Position numbers and translations under genes: made by a program | The notes under the pieces: generated by a model | Databases searched by the model: none | Seen by the model: the letters and a program-made list of their open reading frames with translations, nothing else | What the model was told of the DNA's origin: nothing | Shown: positions 12,351 to 24,990 of the stretch, one piece after another | Numbering within the stretch: position 1 is the stretch's first letter | Layout: every line of letters begins with the position of its first letter | NCBI GenBank assembly: GCA_964016885.1 | Contig: OZ024742.1 | Span: 104,284,001 to 104,348,000, forward strand | Origin: Eledone cirrhosa | Taxonomy: Eukaryota | Direction of reading: 5' to 3' | Length of the DNA stretch: 64,000 bases

Positions 12351-13589
12351 CAGTAAAAACTAAAGCTAATGAAAAGAAATTTTTTCAAAAATATATGAAA
12401 TTACTCGAAGTTTGATAATGATTAAAAAAAAATTATATTGTTTCTTAAAATTGTGGAAAGAAATATATATATATATAAAAGTAGAAAGGGGGAAAGTGTA
12501 TGCCTGTGTGTATCTGTGTCATTGCATATGTGTGTATGTGTTTGTAGAGGTATGAACACATTTAAAATAGCAGAGTTGCCCCCCCAAAAAGATAAGATTA
12601 AGAGCAAAAGAAATAGAAGGAATAAATGAAAAGCAAGAATGCCTGCATCTTTACATGGTAGTGTGTGTGTGTGTGTGTGTGTGCGTGCGAGCATGTTTCA
12701 CTTCTCAAGATAAAGAAACAACAACAGCAGCAGTGGAATGGAAAAAACAAAACATTAAAACCACCCCCAAAACTCACCAAGTTCTACTGACAAACAGTTC
12801 AGGGTGCCTGACATCCACCAAACGAAAGGAAAAAGCACCAGAATTTTTGGCACTCATTACATATGAACAGACAAAAGTATAAAAGGGAACAAAGCTGTGA
12901 CAACAACACCACCACCACCACCAACAACAACAACACCCACCACCAGTTGCTGAGAGAATAATAGCATCACGAGTAATTACTAGTTTATCTCAATTAAATG
13001 GAAGATTGACAGAATGTGTGTAGAGAGAGACAGAGTGGGAGAGAGAGATAGGGAAAGAAAGGAGAGAAAGTGGATGAGGTAAGAGAGAGAGAGAGGAAAG
13101 AGAAATGTGAGAGAGAGAAGAGAGAGAAAAGAAAGAAAGGGATGTGTGAGAGAGAGATAGGAGAGAGGGAGAGAGTGTGCAAGTGGCTATGTGTTTGAAA
13201 TTACAGATACTTACAGTTGCAACCGCTAGACGAGGTGGTTTCTCAGGAAAGAGCTGATGATGGTAAATTTCAAAAGAGCAGGAGAGAGAGTGTGGGTGTA
13301 GAGTAAAGAGAATGTCAACAGAAGTAATTTTCTTATAGTTTAACAGAGTTGAAGAGAGAGAGAAAGAGACTAGAAAGGTGATTTTGTTGTAGAGTGAGAG
13401 AGAGATAAGTTGTGGGTAGAGAGAGTCAAGGCAGTAGGCATAACACATTGTGAGTCGTCAACCAGTAATATACTCTCAACATATTGGTCAGATTCAGAGA
13501 CCCTACCCAAGCCAAAACCCACTTAACATTAACAATGGAACTGAGACAAATAAAGCATTTATCCATAAAATATTGTTCAGCAAGTTTTC

Positions 13590-13920
13590 TCCAGAGCAAC
13601 AGAGAAGGCTGGAGAAAATAGAAATGAAAATGTTCTGATAGATGAATGGAGTAGTAGATCGTTGACAGGGAGGAACATAAAGAATAAATTACAGAAGATG
13701 ATGGGAATAGAACCAGTAATGAATGTTGTGAAAAGAAATGGAATGGATTGGTTGGGTCATCTGCTGAGGAAGGATAAAAGTGACTGGGCGAGAAGTGATA
13801 GAAATGAATGTGGAATGAAGTTCAGGAAGGGGAAGACCAATAAAGATATGACTAAGAAAAGGAAAAGAAATGAGGGGAGTGTAGATGATAGGGAAAAGTG
13901 AAGAATCTTGTCATGAGGTC
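13590..13920 (+). mobile_element. RTE-clade LINE 3' remnant
   Basis: RRLEKIEMKM...MGIEPVMNVVKRNGMDWLGHLLRKD...; contains stop codons. Confidence 0.7.
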
Positions 13921-15920
13921 TTTAAAGCTAACCACTACTTTAGGTAAAAGGGTCTTTGAAGAAAAAGTTCAAGAAGTTACTAGCTCTGTTGTCAAAAAAT
14001 GATTCTCTCTCAGAGCAAAGAGTAGATTGGATGACATGTGCAGGAAAAGTGCAATATAGTGAGATATGGGCAGTGAATACAGAGGATATGTGAAGACTGG
14101 AGAGAAATAAATCAAGAATGACCTGTTGGATGTATAATGTTAGTGTGCATGAATAGCAACACAGCCTGATTGTAAGAGGAATGAGCTGTAATATGTAGAA
14201 GAAAAGGTTGTACTGCTATGGACATGTAATGTGTACAGATGATGATGATCATTGGGTGAAGTAGTGCCAGGAGTTCTAAGTGGAAAGAAGCTGAGGAAAC
14301 CAAAGCCCCCCTCTCCCCTTTCCCCCCAAAAAATTCATGGACAGAGGCATTCAAAATTAATCTCAAGAAACTGAACTTCACAAACAACATGACAGAGAAC
14401 TGAAACAAATTGAGATTTGCTATACTGAAGATGACTCATGTAATCCATGTGAGCACGAAAAACTGGACATAATAGCAAGGATGATGACCTTAACTAATCT
14501 ACATATAAAATAGTGCTCCACATATTTCAACAGTTAAGTGAGATTAATGATAACAGATGACATCTTAAAAGAATTTGTGAATGTCAAAATTTGTGGACCT
14601 TCTCAAACCAATGATACAGAATAATTGATGTAATTATAATAACATTTTCTCACTAAAATCTTTGAATCATTAAAAAACCTTCCCTCAAGAAGCTTTATTA
14701 ACTCAATGTCCTGTACTGCATGAAACTACATTAGCAAGCTATTCTTGAAAAGTTCACTATTATTTATAAAATTAAATATGACACAAAATTGCATGTAATT
14801 AGGTCTTAGACCTGACTGAATTCTGATATCATGTTATATCTAGCTCTGATATCATGTGATATCTAGCTCTGGTGGTTTTAATCTATTGCTCTGTTGGCCT
14901 AATTATGTGGATATTTCACAATCATACCAAATTGAACAGAGATGATAGGAAGTATACAACAACAACAACAGTCTCCTGATGTCGCAGCAGTTTTATATGG
15001 CAAGACTCTCATTGGAAAAGTTTGAGCAAGCAGCACTGGAATGTGCAAATACTGGAATAAGTGGTGACTTCAGCTATTTTGTGATCATAATTCTAGTAAA
15101 ATACATTAAATGTTTCAATTAATTTTGAAAATAATACCAGAAATTGTAAGAGATTTAGTAAAATAGTTAATTTTGCCCATAATTAATTTAGTGTTTGGAA
15201 CATAACATAAAGTGTATACATAAAATCATGATAGAAGGTTTCATTTTAAATATTCAGTGTTTAAAATGAAAGGTTTTGTATAACTGAAACAGGTTGGTAT
15301 AAGATTTAGTGCATAAAGTAAAATTCACATTGAACTTTGAAAATATTGAAATATCAAATCTCAATATTTCATCTTCTGTTTGTTAACAGTAACCACAAGC
15401 CCTGCCAAATAAGCTGTCTTTCCATAATCAATTCAATTCATTACAATAAAATTTAATACAATTGTTGTTTAGTTCCAAGCCTGGTCAAATAGGCCTTTAA
15501 TTAAAAATAAAATCATTCAGCTGTCTGTATATTGAGAGATAATTATTCAGTTTTAAGATGTTTTAAAATTATAATATTTAATTTATTAAAATGTACTCCA
15601 AGAATTTATCCACCGAGACAGTAACTAAATCATACCTATAGTAATTTAAATACAATTAATGTGGTGTGGTAAATAAATATATACATATATACCAGGTCCA
15701 AGCACAATGAAACCAAACTTTCAGTGTCACTGCCTTCTAGGAACACATTATCCAATGAACCTTCCCTCTTTTTAATACCCTTTTGATACCAAACTACCTA
15801 AAACTGCCTTTGGTTCTATGATAAAACTATTTCTTTTAAAGAGTTTATGCTTATCTAAAAACTTTTCATCATAATTTTATGTAAGAAATTCTGTTATGTT
15901 CCAAACACCCGATAAATAAT

Positions 15921-16108
15921 TGTTTCTACTTTTGGCACAAGGCCAGCAATTATCCCAGTGTATTACTGGTACTTTATTTTATTGATCCCGTAAGGATGAA
16001 AGGCAAAGTTAACCTCGGCAGAGTTTGAACTCAGAACATAAAGGGCCGTAACTCTTTGCTGCAAAGCATGGTCTCCAACCTCTACCGATACTGCCAATCC
16101 ACCACCCT
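15921..16108 (-). mobile_element. tRNA-derived SINE family 1, near full length, with TSD
   Basis: B-box-like GAGTTCAAA and core GGTTAACTTTGCCTTTCATCC. 17-bp TSD aacacc(c/a)gataaataat at 15904-15920 / 16109-16125. Approximate other copies: 1490-1700(-), 2228-2390(+), 4111-4300(+), 5750-5900(+), 7790-7930(+), 9551-9690(-), 35560-35750(+), 48590-48750(-). Confidence 0.85.
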
Positions 16109-16969
16109 AACACCAGATAAATAATGAGAAATGAATTATTTCACTAAATCCCTCCAAAAACTTGATTATTTTCAAAACTATTTGAAAAGCATTGGCAGTG
16201 TCTTTCACTAGAAAATGGTAACAAAAGGGTTAAGTGAAGCTAGGCTTCGATATAACAACCAAATAGAGGCTTCCTCTTTGATTTGTTCAATACAATTTTA
16301 GTTGATGTAGTTAGAGACAAATCACAAATTCTTTTCTTTGTTATTTTAACACAGAAAATGGTGACCATTGATTTGATTGCTTAGGTCCCTTTTAAAGTCT
16401 TTTATTGTCATATTTCTTATGAAAGGCATAGCTTACGATTTTCAAATTATTTTGAAAATAATCAAGAATATAGTAATATAACTAACTAAAAAGTTCTTAC
16501 ATAAAATTATGATGGAAAGGTTTTAAATAAATATAAACACTTTAAAACTTGCATTGTAGAACCAGGGCCAGTTTCAGACAGCATAGTATCAAAAAAGTAA
16601 AGGAACACAGTTTCTTACAATCTATAGTTTCAATAATTGAATTTTTAGGTATTATTTCTTTTACAGGTTGACCAGTAAAACAATGAATATTTTAGTACTC
16701 AGTTCTATACTAGCAATAAATTCATTGTTATTGAACAACTTTTCAATTAATACATTTAAAAAAATTTATTATATAATAAATCATGTTTTGGCAGCTTTCT
16801 ACAGGAGAAAGAGTTGCCTCTCTTTCTCTCTATGGATGGATGAATGGATGGATATATATATTTGGTATATGTATTAGTTAAACAACTGACACTAGTGTAT
16901 GCAGGATAGAACACTCAATAAAGTATACAAGTAGGTCTACATACTTCAGAGAATAAGTATAAAAAGTGG

Positions 16970-17255
16970 AGAAGATTATGGAATGAGTCCAAATTTGTCA
17001 ACCAAGACCTCATCCAGAATATAACATCTAAACCAGCCAGCTTTAACCTTCCTAGGAAGTAATGGGTGTTCGTTAATTGGATTCACATAATACATGCCAG
17101 GATGGAAAATGAAAGACAGCCCATCATGTGACTGAGGGGACCCTGACCAGACAGTGCTGCAATGATGTTCAGGGTTTCCCCTGCAGCCTGGAGGCAATCC
17201 ATAGTACAACAAATGATTACCTTAGTCTGGCTCACCAATCTCGATCTGTCTCTCT
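16970..17255 (+). mobile_element. LINE ORF2 C-terminal remnant
   Basis: PAFNLPRK*WV.VN...WKMKDSPSCD*GDPDQTV...LEAIH...WLTNLDL, a decayed C-terminal zinc-knuckle region of non-LTR elements. Confidence 0.7.
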
Positions 17256-17278
17256 CTCTAACAATTGGGTATATGTCA

Positions 17279-17850
17279 TACACACTATGTGTTTCTCTCT
17301 CTCTAACACACACACTATGTCTCTCTCTCTCTCTCCCCCCTCACACACTATATATCTCTCTCTGTCACACACTATGCCCCCCCCTTCACACACACACTAT
17401 GCCCCCCCCCCCCACACTATATCTGTCTCCTCTCCACACACACACTATGTCTCCCTCTCCCTTTACACAATGTCTGTCTCCCCTCCACACACACACACAC
17501 ACTATGTCTCCCCCCTCACACACTATATATCTCCCCTCCACACACACACACAGACTATGTCTCCCCCCTCACACACTATATCTGTCTCCCCTCCACACAC
17601 ACACTATGTCTCCCCCTCCCTTTACACAATGCCTGTCTCCCCTCCACACACACACACTATGCCCCCCCCCCTCACACACTATATATCTCCCCTCCACACA
17701 CACACACTATGTCTCCCCCCTCACACACTATATCTGTCTCCCCTCCACACACACACTATGTCTCCTCTCACACACTATATATCTCTCTCCCCCTCACACA
17801 CTATATCTGTCTCTCCTCCACACACACACACACACACTATGTCTCTCTCT
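17279..17850. repeat. Compound CA/CT-rich minisatellite
   Basis: Recurrent ccctcacacactatatctgtctcccctccacacacacactatg modules; explains ORFs 17128..17865 and 17162..17893. Confidence 0.9.
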
Positions 17851-18408
17851 AACCCCATCAACTAACATGACATGCAGTTCTTCATTTAGATGACACAATT
17901 CTTAGCATTACTCAACTTTCCATCCATCTATTTCTACCAAACTTGACTTCCAACTCTTCAAGATAAACACTAGCTGCAACACCCTATTCACTCACTCCCT
18001 GCACATTTAGAACCTTGAAAGATTATAGGCAGTGTCCCTTAACTTTAGGGGTATTACAATGAACAGCAGTAAAGGATCTAAAGACTACATTAGACTTACT
18101 ATTAGGTGCGTGACAAATGCAACTAGTCCCGTCAGTCCTAATCAGAGCAGCCCTCACTGACAGACAGCTGTAAATTCTTGAACAACAGAACCACTATTCT
18201 GCCTGTGACCAAAACTAATCAGAGATAACTGCAACTCTGTATCAGCCATGAAGACAGCTGTCATGAAAGTTACTAAAATTATCTTTAAGAAATAAAGATG
18301 CAGATATATTACACAAGTTTGTACTTAAAATTCTAATTCTTCTTTTCTAGCTTTCTCTCTCTCTCTCTTTTTTTTTTTTATCACTCTCACTGCTTTAAAT
18401 CATCAAAA

Positions 18409-18738
18409 ATCATCATTTTACGTCCGCTTTTTCCCTGCTTGCAAGGGTGGGACAGGAACTGATTCTGGCTCGATTTCTACAGCTGGATGCCCTTCCTAAC
18501 ACCAACGTCATTTACAGTGAGTGCTGGGTGCTTTTTTGCCGTGGCACCTCCATGACCACTTTACAGTGGAATGATATGGACCCCAGTCCCTAACATCTCA
18601 TTTCTACAGCTGAGTAAACTGGAGCAATGTGAAATAAAGTGTCTTGCTCAAGGAAACAACACATCACCCGGTCTGAGAATTGAACTCAAAACATTTCGAT
18701 TGCAAGGCCAATACTCTAACCACTAAGCCATGTGCCTA
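18409..18738 (-). mobile_element. Full SINE (tRNA head + RTE-like (GAT)n tail)
   Basis: Highly similar along its length to 37748-38068 in the same orientation. Confidence 0.8.
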
Positions 18739-19473
18739 CTTTAAAAAAATAATAATAATAATTTCACTGAAGGAATGTTGATAATCAAGTAAGATCGTTA
18801 AAAAAGAGAAAACCAGCTCAACCAGTAGTGATGTGTAGGTAGTTACTATAAGCAGTAAAATACAATCAGTGAGTTAGTAGGAAACTAATTCAATCAATGG
18901 ACTATATCAGACAGAAAAGTAGAAAGTCTTTCTCAAGCTCAGTTATTTATCAAGGATTGACTTAAGTGTATTCAGAAACCTAAAACTAAATTCTGTTTCT
19001 GAGATTTCTTAAGTTAACGCCTGTTAAGCAAGATAACTCGTTTTACCTGCCATTTCAAAGACTGTTGTTTATGTTTAACAAAGTAAACTTTGGAGCAGCT
19101 ATTTTTAGATAAAGAACTGTGAAAATATTTGGTAAAAGTTAACAAAACTACACACCACTAAATGTTAGAAAAAATACAGAAAAAATGTAGAATTGGAGAT
19201 GACTTCATTTACAGTTGTCAGACTAAATCTTACAGGCTGAAGATACAAAAGCAACAGTTTGGCATGAAGTTTTTAGATTAAACCTTAGAGAGTATAGCAT
19301 TCAAGCATAAAATGATGTAGAAAAGATGAAGGGACAGGATGTTCTGCAGACTTGTGCAACTCACACAAATATGTAATAGCAGCAGTAGTGATAATGAGGA
19401 TAATGGTTTCCTACTTACGCATAAACCTCATAATAGGTGTGTGTGTGTGCATATATATATATACATATGTATG

Positions 19474-19510
<37 letters not shown>

Positions 19511-19515
<5 letters not shown>

Positions 19516-20120
19516 CAGTGTTCATAAAACTGCCAAGATACAAGAAGTCATCAACCTCCTCAATCTCTGAACCGTCCAGCACATGCATTTGTCTATTTGA
19601 CATTGCATTGAGGTGCATGATGAACACTGAGCACAATGTGGACACCAGGATAGGCAAGGCATGGGTGGCTCTCAACTTCCTACTGAAGAAAACCACAAAA
19701 ATGAGGCAATTCAAAGCAACAGTTGAGTCCATTCTCCTCTAAGGATGTGAGTCATGGACATTGACAAAAACACTCACAAAGGGGATTAATGACGACACAT
19801 AACACTCACAAAGAGGATTAATGGCACTTTCACCTGGATGTTGAAAAAGACCCAGAGGATAACCTGGAGAACACAAGCAAAGAAATCGCTCTATGGCTCA
19901 CACCTTCGCCTTTCTGACATCATAAGGCGTAGGAGGATCACATTAGCCAGACAAGTGAAATAACACAATGAACCTGCTGGCAGAGTCCATTCTAGAAACC
20001 TGAAGTTGGGAGACCAACCACAACGCTAAAGGATGTTCCTGAAGATGACACCAGATTGGAGGCAGGGGAAATTCAGACAGCAATGCTAGACAGGGTGAGC
20101 TGGAAGAGGAACTTCGTCAT
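19511..20120 (+). mobile_element. RTE/RTE-X LINE remnant with inverted 5' segment
   Basis: Plus strand: MNTEHNVDTRIGKAWVALN...FKATVESILL*GCESWTLTK. Minus strand 19511-19619: LDGSEIEEVDDFLYLGSFMNTEH. Confidence 0.8.
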
Positions 20121-20559
20121 GGCACTGGTAATGGATGTATAGAAGAAGCTATATGTGTATGTATGTATAGTTTAAAATAAGCACACTGTATCCTTGCATA
20201 TCATGAGAAGTGACTAAAAGAGTTGGTGTTAAGAAGGGCATCCAGATGTAAAACATTGTCTCAAAATGCCCAACACATGTCAGCAGGGAAAAGTCGAGGT
20301 AATGATGATGATGAAGAAATATATCATCATCATCCCCGTTTAACGTCCATTTTTCCATACTAGCATGAGTTAGACAAGTTGTCCCATTGTGAGATAAACC
20401 AGGTCAGATGACCACGTCTTGCTCATACAGAACTGATTTAAACTTGGTTTCAACAGCTGGATGCCCTTCCTAACGCCAACCCCATTTACAGTGTGTACTG
20501 GGTATTTTTTGTCGTGACACCACTTTACAGTGGGATCTCAGGTAATTTAGCTCAGAATA

Positions 20560-20860
20560 TAGGCTTTACAGGTGGCCATTGCATGGGAGCAGTAAGCAGC
20601 ACACGACCACAGGAAACAAACGCTATCAAATTCTTGGAAGGTTCTGTAAAAGCATTAAACTGCTTCTGCTGCCTGGGTGACCAAATTGGCAGTGGAGGTA
20701 AGTGTTCTGAAAATATAGTAGCCAGAGTAAGAAGGGATGAAAGAAGTTCAGGGAGCTGCTACTGCTGGTAGCTGCAAAAGGCAAGGCAGATTGTATGTGG
20801 CATGTATATGAACAGCAATGTTGCAGCATGTTTTGCAGTGAGAAAACCAAAGGCGTGAGG
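20560..20860 (+). mobile_element. RTE LINE internal remnant
   Basis: FCCLGDQIGSGGKCSENIVARVR, then frameshifted KKFRELL. Confidence 0.65.
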
Positions 20861-20976
20861 TGATCAGGCTGCAACGCAGTGTATTAGTGGGAGAAAGATA
20901 GCCTCTCCTAAGTAGACCCAACAGAAGGCCCAGCTGTACAAGTCAGCAGCAGTGTGTGTATGTGTATGTATATATA

Positions 20977-21098
20977 TATGAAAGGATTCAAAACCCTGAC
21001 GGTTGAGCTCCGGCCGTTTCGACAGCAAGATCTGAATGTTCGGATCTAGCTGTCGAAATGGCCACAGTTCAGCCGTTGTGGTCTTGAATCTTTTCATA
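20977..21098. repeat. Imperfect 122-bp palindrome
   Basis: tatgaaaggattcaaaacc...gatctgaa-tg-ttcggatc...ggtcttgaatcttttcata. Confidence 0.9.
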
Positions 21099-22275
21099 GT
21101 ATCCACTCTACTACCCCATGTATCGAATACTCTGGTGAGTAATGGTCTAGATGGTTTTTACCACATCCTTATATAGTCTTCAACCTATTTGTATTTATCG
21201 TTGTTGGCTTTAAGTTGTCTCATTTACAGCTCAACCCCAGTAGATGTTCCCTAGACAGGTGAATGTGAAAGTTTCTTTGAAGTTTTTTAAATCCTTACAG
21301 AATGAACAGGAGAAATTATTCAGTTATATATGAAGCCACCAGAAACTACTGCCCCCATTCATACCAGCCACTAGCCTCAGTCTCTGAACTACCTTTTTCT
21401 TCCACATCCCACCTGAGGAAGGAACCCCAAGGTGGAGTGGTTAATGCAGTGGATGTTGCTGGCTGGCTGTTCTTTGCAGGGTGTAGCTGAGATATAGCGC
21501 CTAGACTATTGTTAATTAAATTTTTTTACTTTCTTTTTCTTTTCTTTTGTATTGCAAACATTATATAATTTAATTGAAATTTATTGAATAAAATATATAA
21601 ACTTTTAGCTAATAATAACTGCAACAGAAAAACATATTTTATGCCATTTTAAGACTGGAAAATGTGGTGGTAGTGGCACAATACTGATTATAAGGATGTT
21701 GATTGTGATGATGGTGGAAATGAGGAGATGAGTTTGATGTTATCAGAGATGATAGACCAGCAATGCATACCTCAATGCTGAAGGTTGGTTTGGTCAAATC
21801 TAATTTATATGAACCAATGAAATGGTACAGCTACATTTGAAAGGAAATAGATAGAGAGAAACAGAATCACTGATAAAATTATTTAAAGTGGTACAGGTAC
21901 AGTAAAGCCAGATGTGTACAGGAGTAAAATGATATGTTTCATACTAAACTGTCAAGATGGGTAACATGAAAGGGAAAATATTTTATTACAGAAGTGGCCA
22001 ATATGGTAAGTATTAAGCTAATGTTGAGGGTGAAGTGGTGGTGATAATCCTTTGAAATAAAAGATATTTTTACTTGTAACACTGTCAGTATATTTAAAAT
22101 AATGAAAAATAATGATGAAATTTATTGTGTACAGTGCTCAGGTTTACTACAACTCATCAAAGGTGCATGTATAGTACATAGAATAATGTACAAATGTCAG
22201 GAAAGTGAACAGTTTATGAATCATGATACACACAGACACACACATGTGTGCATGTATATATGGAAGGGGAATATC

Positions 22276-22435
22276 AGGTGTAGAGTTGGCGGATTTCAGG
22301 AAGCATGGAAGTTTTGAAGGATGCAGAGTCCCGACAGCTAATAATTGATGCAGGTAGTTTGTTCCATGCTTCAGCAACTCTGAGCATGAAAAAATGTTTC
22401 CAAAAGTCATGGGAGCCGTACTGTTTTCTGATTTT
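22276..22435 (-). mobile_element. CR1-like LINE 3' remnant
   Basis: KIRKQYGSHDFWKHFFMLRVAEAWNKLPASIISCRDSASFK fits the FF..RV...WN.LP motif. Confidence 0.75.
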
Positions 22436-23692
22436 GATTCACTTAACTGCTGCAGGGTTTTATTTTTCTGTATCTTGATGTATAAATACTGACAATGGCA
22501 AGACTACCTCACCCCTGACCGTTACACAAATTAATAAAAGCTGTCAAGTCAATATTTAGTTAAAGCAGGGAAAAGCGGACATAAAATAATGATGATGATG
22601 ATAATGAAACAGTAACCAAAAGATGGATACTTCAGAAATATTATGTGGTTGCATATAATCCACTTCATAAACTGATAACCATCATCGTCATCATCATCAT
22701 TTATGTGCCCTTTCAACAGTGGCATGGGTTGGATGGGTTGTCAATGTCTGAGACCAGATGGATTGGAGCAACCAACTTTGCTCGTTAAGTTGTATATTTG
22801 GCCTGGTTTCTATGGCTGGATAAACCAAAGGAATAATTCAGTGGAGCAACCATCCTATAGATTGAGGCTGAGCATTCATTTCTTTCTCTCACTGTTGTAT
22901 AGAAGTTAGTTTGAGGCCAAAATTCAATCATATAGAGCTTCATAACATATAATGCAGAAAAGAACTTAATGAGGTAGTTGACATTTTTGTAAATAATTCT
23001 CAGAGAGTGATAGGAAAAGAGGTGGGATGCTGCACTGCTGGTAATAGCTTGAAACTTCATAGTATTAAATTATTTGGGGATGAGGAAACTGACAGAAGAG
23101 CTACCAGTTGATCTATTTGAGTGACAGTTTCTGGAAATATTATTTTAAGGGAACAACATTTTGGCTATCATTTTCACAGATAGCCAACACAGAAAACATG
23201 CAGCAATGCCCATGAGAAATCAGCTGGGATAAACATATATATTTGTATATATGATATGGTTATTATTTATTTATGGTCTAAAAACATAGAACTCTGGGTT
23301 TCATGTTAGCATAGGAAAACCATACTATGATAGTTCAGCCTCTGTGTGTGTGTGTGCGCATGTGTTTATGTGTGTGTGTATTATATATATATAATTACAA
23401 AATCATTAAGATTCCTTTGCAAAAATCTATATATAATAATTTTTGCAATGAAACATAACACAATGAAGAGGTAAAGGCAGGTGAATTTTTTCAGTGTTTT
23501 CATTAATAAGATCCAGATATATTTTTCTTAAGTAGCTAAGCAACTTCTAACTAAAGTGTTGATCAGTTTTATGTCCTTTTATTTTTAGCAGCCATCAGAC
23601 AATTTCTACTTGTTCTTCAATAAGAAATGTTTAATACTGAAAATAAGAATTACATCAACATTATGATAATGATTTATCACCATAGAGCAGTA

Positions 23693-23960
23693 TGGAGGTG
23701 TATGGCCTAGTGGTAAGGGCTCAGTGGTAAAGGTGTTGGATCATAATGTTGTGGGTTCAATTCCTGGATATGGTTGTGTATTGTGTTCTTGAGCAAAACA
23801 CTTCATTTCACATTGCCCCAGTATACTCAGCTGAAAATGAGTACCTGCAATATCTGGGGGTTTAATCCTGTGATGGCCTGGCATCCTGTCCAAGGCAAGT
23901 CATGTACTCTCAATCACTTAACGCCACAGACACTGGGATAAGCACTGGCCTATGAACCTC
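23693..23960 (+). mobile_element. tRNA-headed SINE family 2
   Basis: A-box tggcctagtgg, B-box ggttcaattcc, then ttgagcaaaacactt and cctgtgatggcctggcatcctgtcc (V-domain-like). Relatives at about 28318-28435(+), 27745-27995(-), 44500-44700(-). Confidence 0.8.
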
Positions 23961-24149
23961 TAATAGAACAGTGACATACAAGATGGTCTAGGTGGACTAC
24001 AGGTGATCCATACCAAAATTTGGGAGCTCTGCAGAGAGTTTTAAGTTTTACTGAGTTGCATAATACAATTATAAGTAAAGTCGTACAGTTAATACGAAGC
24101 ATTGTGAGATATGTAATAAATGACTGATAAGGTTCAGAAAGTCAGTACA

Positions 24150-24990
24150 ATGTGGTAGAAATATATGATTCTGCCCTTCCCTACAGAGCCAAATGGCCTA
24201 CATACAGAATAAAATATCCAGGATACACAACAGGTGCAGCGAGGATAGCAACAAACATACCAACATGGTGGAATTCCAGAGAAATCTCACTGAGAATGTC
24301 TACTCTACTTCCCTCACTAAATACCAAGGCACAACACTTAAAAGAACAAGGAGGAAACATGCCCCTAGAGGGGGTGTAGGCTACCTAAGCTGCTGCATTT
24401 CAATGAGAAGATGACTGCTGCCATCTGTAGGAAGGGCCTGAATATACAGCTAGCACACTCGTGACCTTCATTGAGGAGACTACAGACACCAACCTGCATA
24501 CAACAATATGCGCACACTTCCTAACTGTCTCATCAGCAATGTTGAAGTGTGCATGAGAGCGTATGTGGTCTACAGGGTCACATGTAAACAATGTAGCTCC
24601 TCATACATGAAAAATACACTGTTGGATGCTGCACACATGGATCAAAGAGCACATGATAATGAGAGCTTCTTCTGTCAAAAAGACATCTTAACAGATGCTG
24701 CAGCCAAGACATTTAGGTCATCAAAGAGGCAACGGAAAGGAATGTGGGAAATTTAAGATTCAAAGAGGCCATTTCATCAACAAGAAAAAGTCACAAATGA
24801 ATAATAGATTGGAAATGTACAAAGTGGATTGGCTCTTATAATGGCTCTAAGCATGTGTATTTTAGACAATTAGATCCATTAGGGGAGAATACATTGATCA
24901 TTCGTTTTGTCTTGAACCATTTTCATTTTTACATTTGAAAAGAGGGAAATAGCCCTGAAATACCATGTTGAAATATAGTAGGTAAAACAT
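24150..24990 (+). mobile_element. Penelope-like retroelement remnant (GIY-YIG endonuclease region)
   Basis: ORF 24508..24756 has C..C.....C....VVYRVTCKQCSSSY. Frameshifted flanks; decayed hammerhead-like AGGG/CCCT-GAAA near 24930-24968. Confidence 0.7.
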
